Below are positions 60,390 to 64,000 of a stretch of DNA of 64,000 bases, piece after piece. The position numbers and the translations under genes are program-made. The notes beneath the pieces are model-generated. The model ran no database searches. It worked only from the letters and a program-made list of their open reading frames with translations, and was not told where the DNA came from. The stretch's first letter is position 1; each line of letters begins with the position of its first letter. The DNA lies in assembly GCA_965261595.1 (NCBI GenBank), contig CBDHDG010000006.1, positions 32,001 to 96,000 of the forward strand. Direction: 5' to 3'. The DNA is from a bacterium. Lineage in GTDB: Bacteria > UBA8248 > JACPRG01 > G963555815.

Positions 60390-60392
60390 GGA

Positions 60393-61265
60393 CTACCTCC
60401 CGAACAGACCCGATGGCCGGACCGCCAGCACGATCAAGAGGATTCCGAACGAAACGGCCAGCGACCAGGAAGGGCCGTAGAACGTCGAGGTGAGACTCTC
60501 CAGCACCCCCAGGATCAAAGCGGCCACCAGCGTCCCGCCGACGCTCCCCATCCCGCCCAGGACGACGATGGCGAAAACCCGTCCGATGTACTCCCGGTTG
60601 ATGGAAGGCTCGACGGTGGCGAGGATGATCAGCAGCGCGCCCGCGAGGCTGGCCGTGGCGATGGCGATTCCGAAGGCGATGGACTTGATCTTGACGGGGT
60701 CGGCCCCCATGAGCCGGAGGGCGAGACCGTCCTGGGAAACCCCCATGATGGCCTTGCCGTAAAAGCTCCTGGAGAGGAAGAAGTGAAGCGACAGCGTCAT
60801 GATCACCCCACCGAGAAAGGGCACAAGCAACCGGGTGGCGATCCCGACGACGCCGATATGGATGGATTTACCGATGTAGGACGGCTCGAGCAGGCGGTAG
60901 TCCACGCCGTACACGATGATCAGCGAAACCTCGATGATGAAGAGAAGGCCGAAGAAGAACACCAGCCCCCGCAGAGACTCCGTCCCCTTCTTCTCGAAGC
61001 TGTTGTAATAGATCCGGTAGACCCCGACCCCGAGCAGATAGAAGACGGGGGTAAAGATCAGCCCCGCGACGATGGGGTCGATCCCGAGGCCTTCATACAA
61101 CATGAAGGCCACATAAGAGCCCAGGATGACGAAGACGGGGTGGGCGATGTTCACCACGTCCAGCAGTCCGAAGGCCAGGGAAAGCCCCAGGGCGACGGCC
61201 GCGTAGAATCCGCCCACCAAAAGACCCGCGACGATGGCGTTCAGCAGCAGATCGAAGGAGAACAC
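60393..61265 (-). CDS. HAAT ABC permease (LivH-like)
   Basis: GLSLAFGLLDVVNIAH, LGGMGSVGG, VRPSGLFG. Confidence 0.93.
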   Translation of the reverse strand: MFSFDLLLNAIVAGLLVGGFYAAVALGLSLAFGLLDVVNIAHPVFVILGSYVAFMLYEGLGIDPIVAGLIFTPVFYLLGVGVYRIYYNSFEKKGTESLRGLVFFFGLLFIIEVSLIIVYGVDYRLLEPSYIGKSIHIGVVGIATRLLVPFLGGVIMTLSLHFFLSRSFYGKAIMGVSQDGLALRLMGADPVKIKSIAFGIAIATASLAGALLIILATVEPSINREYIGRVFAIVVLGGMGSVGGTLVAALILGVLESLTSTFYGPSWSLAVSFGILLIVLAVRPSGLFGR

Positions 61266-61343
61266 GAAGCGCCTCCCGACATGGAACAAGGGCGCGCGCC
61301 CTCCCCGGGGCGCGGCCCTTGTTCCATAAAGGGACAGGTTATG

Positions 61344-61756
61344 TTACCGGGCTTTGGCGTAAGGGTAAATCACCTTGCCCGATTTCCACTCCTCAGGATA
61401 GAGCACCACCCGCTTCCCGGGCTTCCTGAACTGATCGACATTGGAGCCCTTGATGCCCTGGAACTGAATCATGAGCGCCCGGGTCTTCGCCCACTCGCCG
61501 TTGGGAGCGAACTTGACCTTGCCGACGATGGTGTTGAACGTGTTGGCGCGGATGTATTCGCCCACCTTCTTCTGGTCCGTGCTCTTCACGGCCTCGATGG
61601 CCTGTCCGAGGATCTGGACGTAGGCGTAGGCCCAGGGCGGCAGGTAGTGGCCCAGGGGATCCACGCCCGCCTTCTTCGCCTGCGCCTGGTACTTCTTCAG
61701 GAAGGCCTCGATCCCCGGGAACTTCAGGGTGCGCTCGGGCACCCAGAAGTCGTAAT
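61344..61756 (-). pseudogene. 3' part of a HAAT substrate-binding protein gene, truncated by IS1380
   Basis: YDFWVPE..AYAYVQILGQA..TIVGKVKF. The 5' end abuts the IS1380 IR, and the remainder is not found beyond the IS. Confidence 0.8.
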
Positions 61757-63453
61757 CCCGCATTTCCCATATGGATGATAATTTTTAACGCCCCGAAGGC
61801 CGTTTTCTCGTGTAAAATCAAGGTGTTGGCCTCTCCCTGCCATCATCTTGCGAGGGGACCCGATGGGTGAAGCGAAAAAGAGGCCGTTGAGGCTCCAATT
61901 CGACGGTCGGCTCAGGCTGGAGTTTCACGGAGCAAAGGTTACGAGTGACGCCGGTTTGCTTGCCTATCGTGAACTGGATGAGGTGTTGGGGCTGACGAAG
62001 GCGGCCGAGGGGTTTCTGTCCGATTCACGGACGGGCGGGAACACCCGGCACAGCCTCACCGCTTTGGTGCGCCAGTCGGTCTACAGCCGCCTGGCAGGAT
62101 ATAAAGACACCAATGATGCCGAGCGGCTCTGTGTCGATCCCGCCATGCGTCAGGTGGTTGGGGGGCGAGCGAAGTATCACACCGCTGCCTCCACCAGCCA
62201 GATGAGCCGATTCGAGACGCAGACCCTCACCCGGCCCCTTAACCCCTCAAGGCGCTGAGCGGTCTGCCCGGTGTGTTGGTGGATCGTGTCCGCAAACGCA
62301 AGCCGATTCGCAAGCTGATCCTGGACATGGACAGTTCGGTCAGCCCGACCCACGGTGAGCAGGAAGGCTCTTCCTACAACGGCCACTTCGGCTGCACCTG
62401 CTATCACCCACTGTTTTGCTTCAACCAGTTTGGCGATCTGGAGCGGGCGCTGTTGCGCAACGGCAAGGTCCACAGCGCTGATGACTGGTGGTCTGTATTG
62501 GAGCCGGTGGTAGCTCGCTACCGGGATGCGAAGGTCTGTCGGTTTTTTCGAGGCGACGCGGCATTTGCCAAGCCGGAGGTGTACCGATACCTTGAGGCGG
62601 AGGGCTACTCCTATGCGATTCGGCTTCCGGCCAACGCCATCTTGTACAGGGACATCGAATGCCTTCTGACCCGGCCGGTTGGCCGACCGCCCAAAAGGCC
62701 CATTATCTTCTACCACAGCGTCTCCCCTATCAGGCGGCTAGTTGGGAGAAGCCTCGCCGGGTGGTGGTGGCGGTCGAGTGGCACCAGGGCGAGTTGTTTC
62801 CAAGAGTCAGCTTCATCGTGACCAACCTGCACTGGCGGGAAGAGAACGTCGTGAGGTTCTACAACCAGCGTGGGACGGCGGAGCAGTGGATCAAGGAGGG
62901 CAAGTACGCCCTGAACTGGACGCGCCTGTCCTGCCACGGCTTTGAAGAGAACCAGGTTCGCTTGCAACTATTTGCCTTGGCGTACAACCTGGCAAACTTC
63001 CTGCGGCGGCTGGCGTTGCCCAGAGCGGTGAAGCACTGGTCGCTGACGACGTTACGCGAGAAGCTGATTAAGATTGGGGCCAAGGTGGTCACCCACGCCC
63101 GGCACACCACCTTCCAGATGGCCGAGGTGGCCGTGCCGCGTCAACTGTTCAGGGCAATCCTTGAACGAATTCGACGGTTGTGGTTACCGCCTCCCGTACC
63201 AGATACCGGATGACGGAGCAGATGGCCCGGAAGCTTAGTGACGTGGTGGAGACGGGGGATCAGTCTGTGCCGAACTCCCCTGAGTGTGCCGGTAGAGCTG
63301 GGTTTTCAAGGGATTGCGGCTTTAGGACGGCCGTTGCCCCTCGATTGAGCAGAGGGTTCTGCAAAGAGACCCTGAATCTGTAGTAAAATGGGGTACTTTG
63401 ATGACACAGGAGGACCACAGGATGGCTAAGAGTGGTCATCTGGGAAATCCCGG
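61757..63453 (+). mobile_element. IS1380-family element; transposase 61863-63213 with two frameshifts
   Basis: IRs CCCGCATTTCCCATATG and CATCTGGGAAATCCCGG. TSDAGLL, LDMDSS, RGDAAF, YNQRGTAEQWIKEGK. No clear TSD. Confidence 0.9.
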
Positions 63454-63689
63454 TTTAAATCAAGACAACTCTTGTATTGACCACCCGTTGCTCTTTAACT
63501 CAATTAGAGCCCTCTTTACCGGGGCTGTCAACACCATTTCGGGCGCCTGAAACCCTGATCGGAGCGGTATCCGCCATTGGAAAACCATGTCAGCGCCGGC
63601 GTGTAAACGGGCTTGACCACCAGGTTTGGAGTCTTCGTCATTTTGCCCTTGTGTGGACTCCGCTTAGGGTCGCTAGACAGGCACCGGGC

Positions 63690-63956
63690 ATCATCGCTTG
63701 ATTCTCTCCAAGATAAGGGCAAATGTCTTCCTGGATACACCGACCTCGGCCAACTGGAAGGTGATGTGGCGGGCGTACCGCACGAGCCGGCCGCCCATTT
63801 TGAGGAGCTTAAGCTGAAGGCCGCGTAACGACCAGTGCTTGATCCCTCTCGGCAGGCCAGCAATCCCGCATCCGAAGTCATTCTGGTTCCGTGAAACTCA
63901 AGCCTCAGCCGACGCTCAAAACGGACCTTCAACGCCCACTTTTTCGCTTCACCCAT
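63690..63956 (-). pseudogene. Internally deleted IS1380-family transposase
   Basis: [23 protein letters not shown] is joined directly to C-terminal KHWSL..LKLLKMGGRLVRHARHITFQLAEV. Confidence 0.8.
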
Positions 63957-64000
63957 TGGATTACCCCGCGAGAGGATGGCTCGGGGAGGCTCATGCATTG

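Noticed and set aside
1..64000. CRISPR array or cas genes
   Set aside because: No regularly spaced repeats. The only exact tandem repeat seen (48505-48548) has two units and no spacer.

Overview
GC-rich bacterial chromosomal window, dominated by catabolic and transport genes. These include amidohydrolases, UbiD, a CoA ligase/hydratase pair, isochorismatases and four ABC transporter clusters, plus ispH and a chemosensory cluster (cheA-cheW-gamma carbonic anhydrase-MCP-HK-RR-cheY-cheB-cheR). IS elements of the IS21, IS256 (x2), IS3, IS1 and IS1380 (x2) families are present. Many genes carry single-base frameshifts, mostly at homopolymers, which probably reflects long-read consensus error. The best candidate for an undescribed system is a 3.65 kb IS1-family cargo transposon (28587-32237; 13-bp IRs, 8-bp TSD). 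It carries a Panacea antitoxin, a Doc-like toxin gene truncated by a nested IS3, a coiled-coil/HARE-HTH gene and a class-II, Ser-like tRNA with a UAU anticodon. Other highlights: a Cam-type carbonic anhydrase lipoprotein inside the chemotaxis operon, an intact but motif-dead CopA-like ATPase, an unannotated AhpD-like selenoprotein (CxxU plus SECIS-like hairpin), and an IS256 insertion whose end supplies a new start codon. All family calls come from motif recognition by eye, not database searches.
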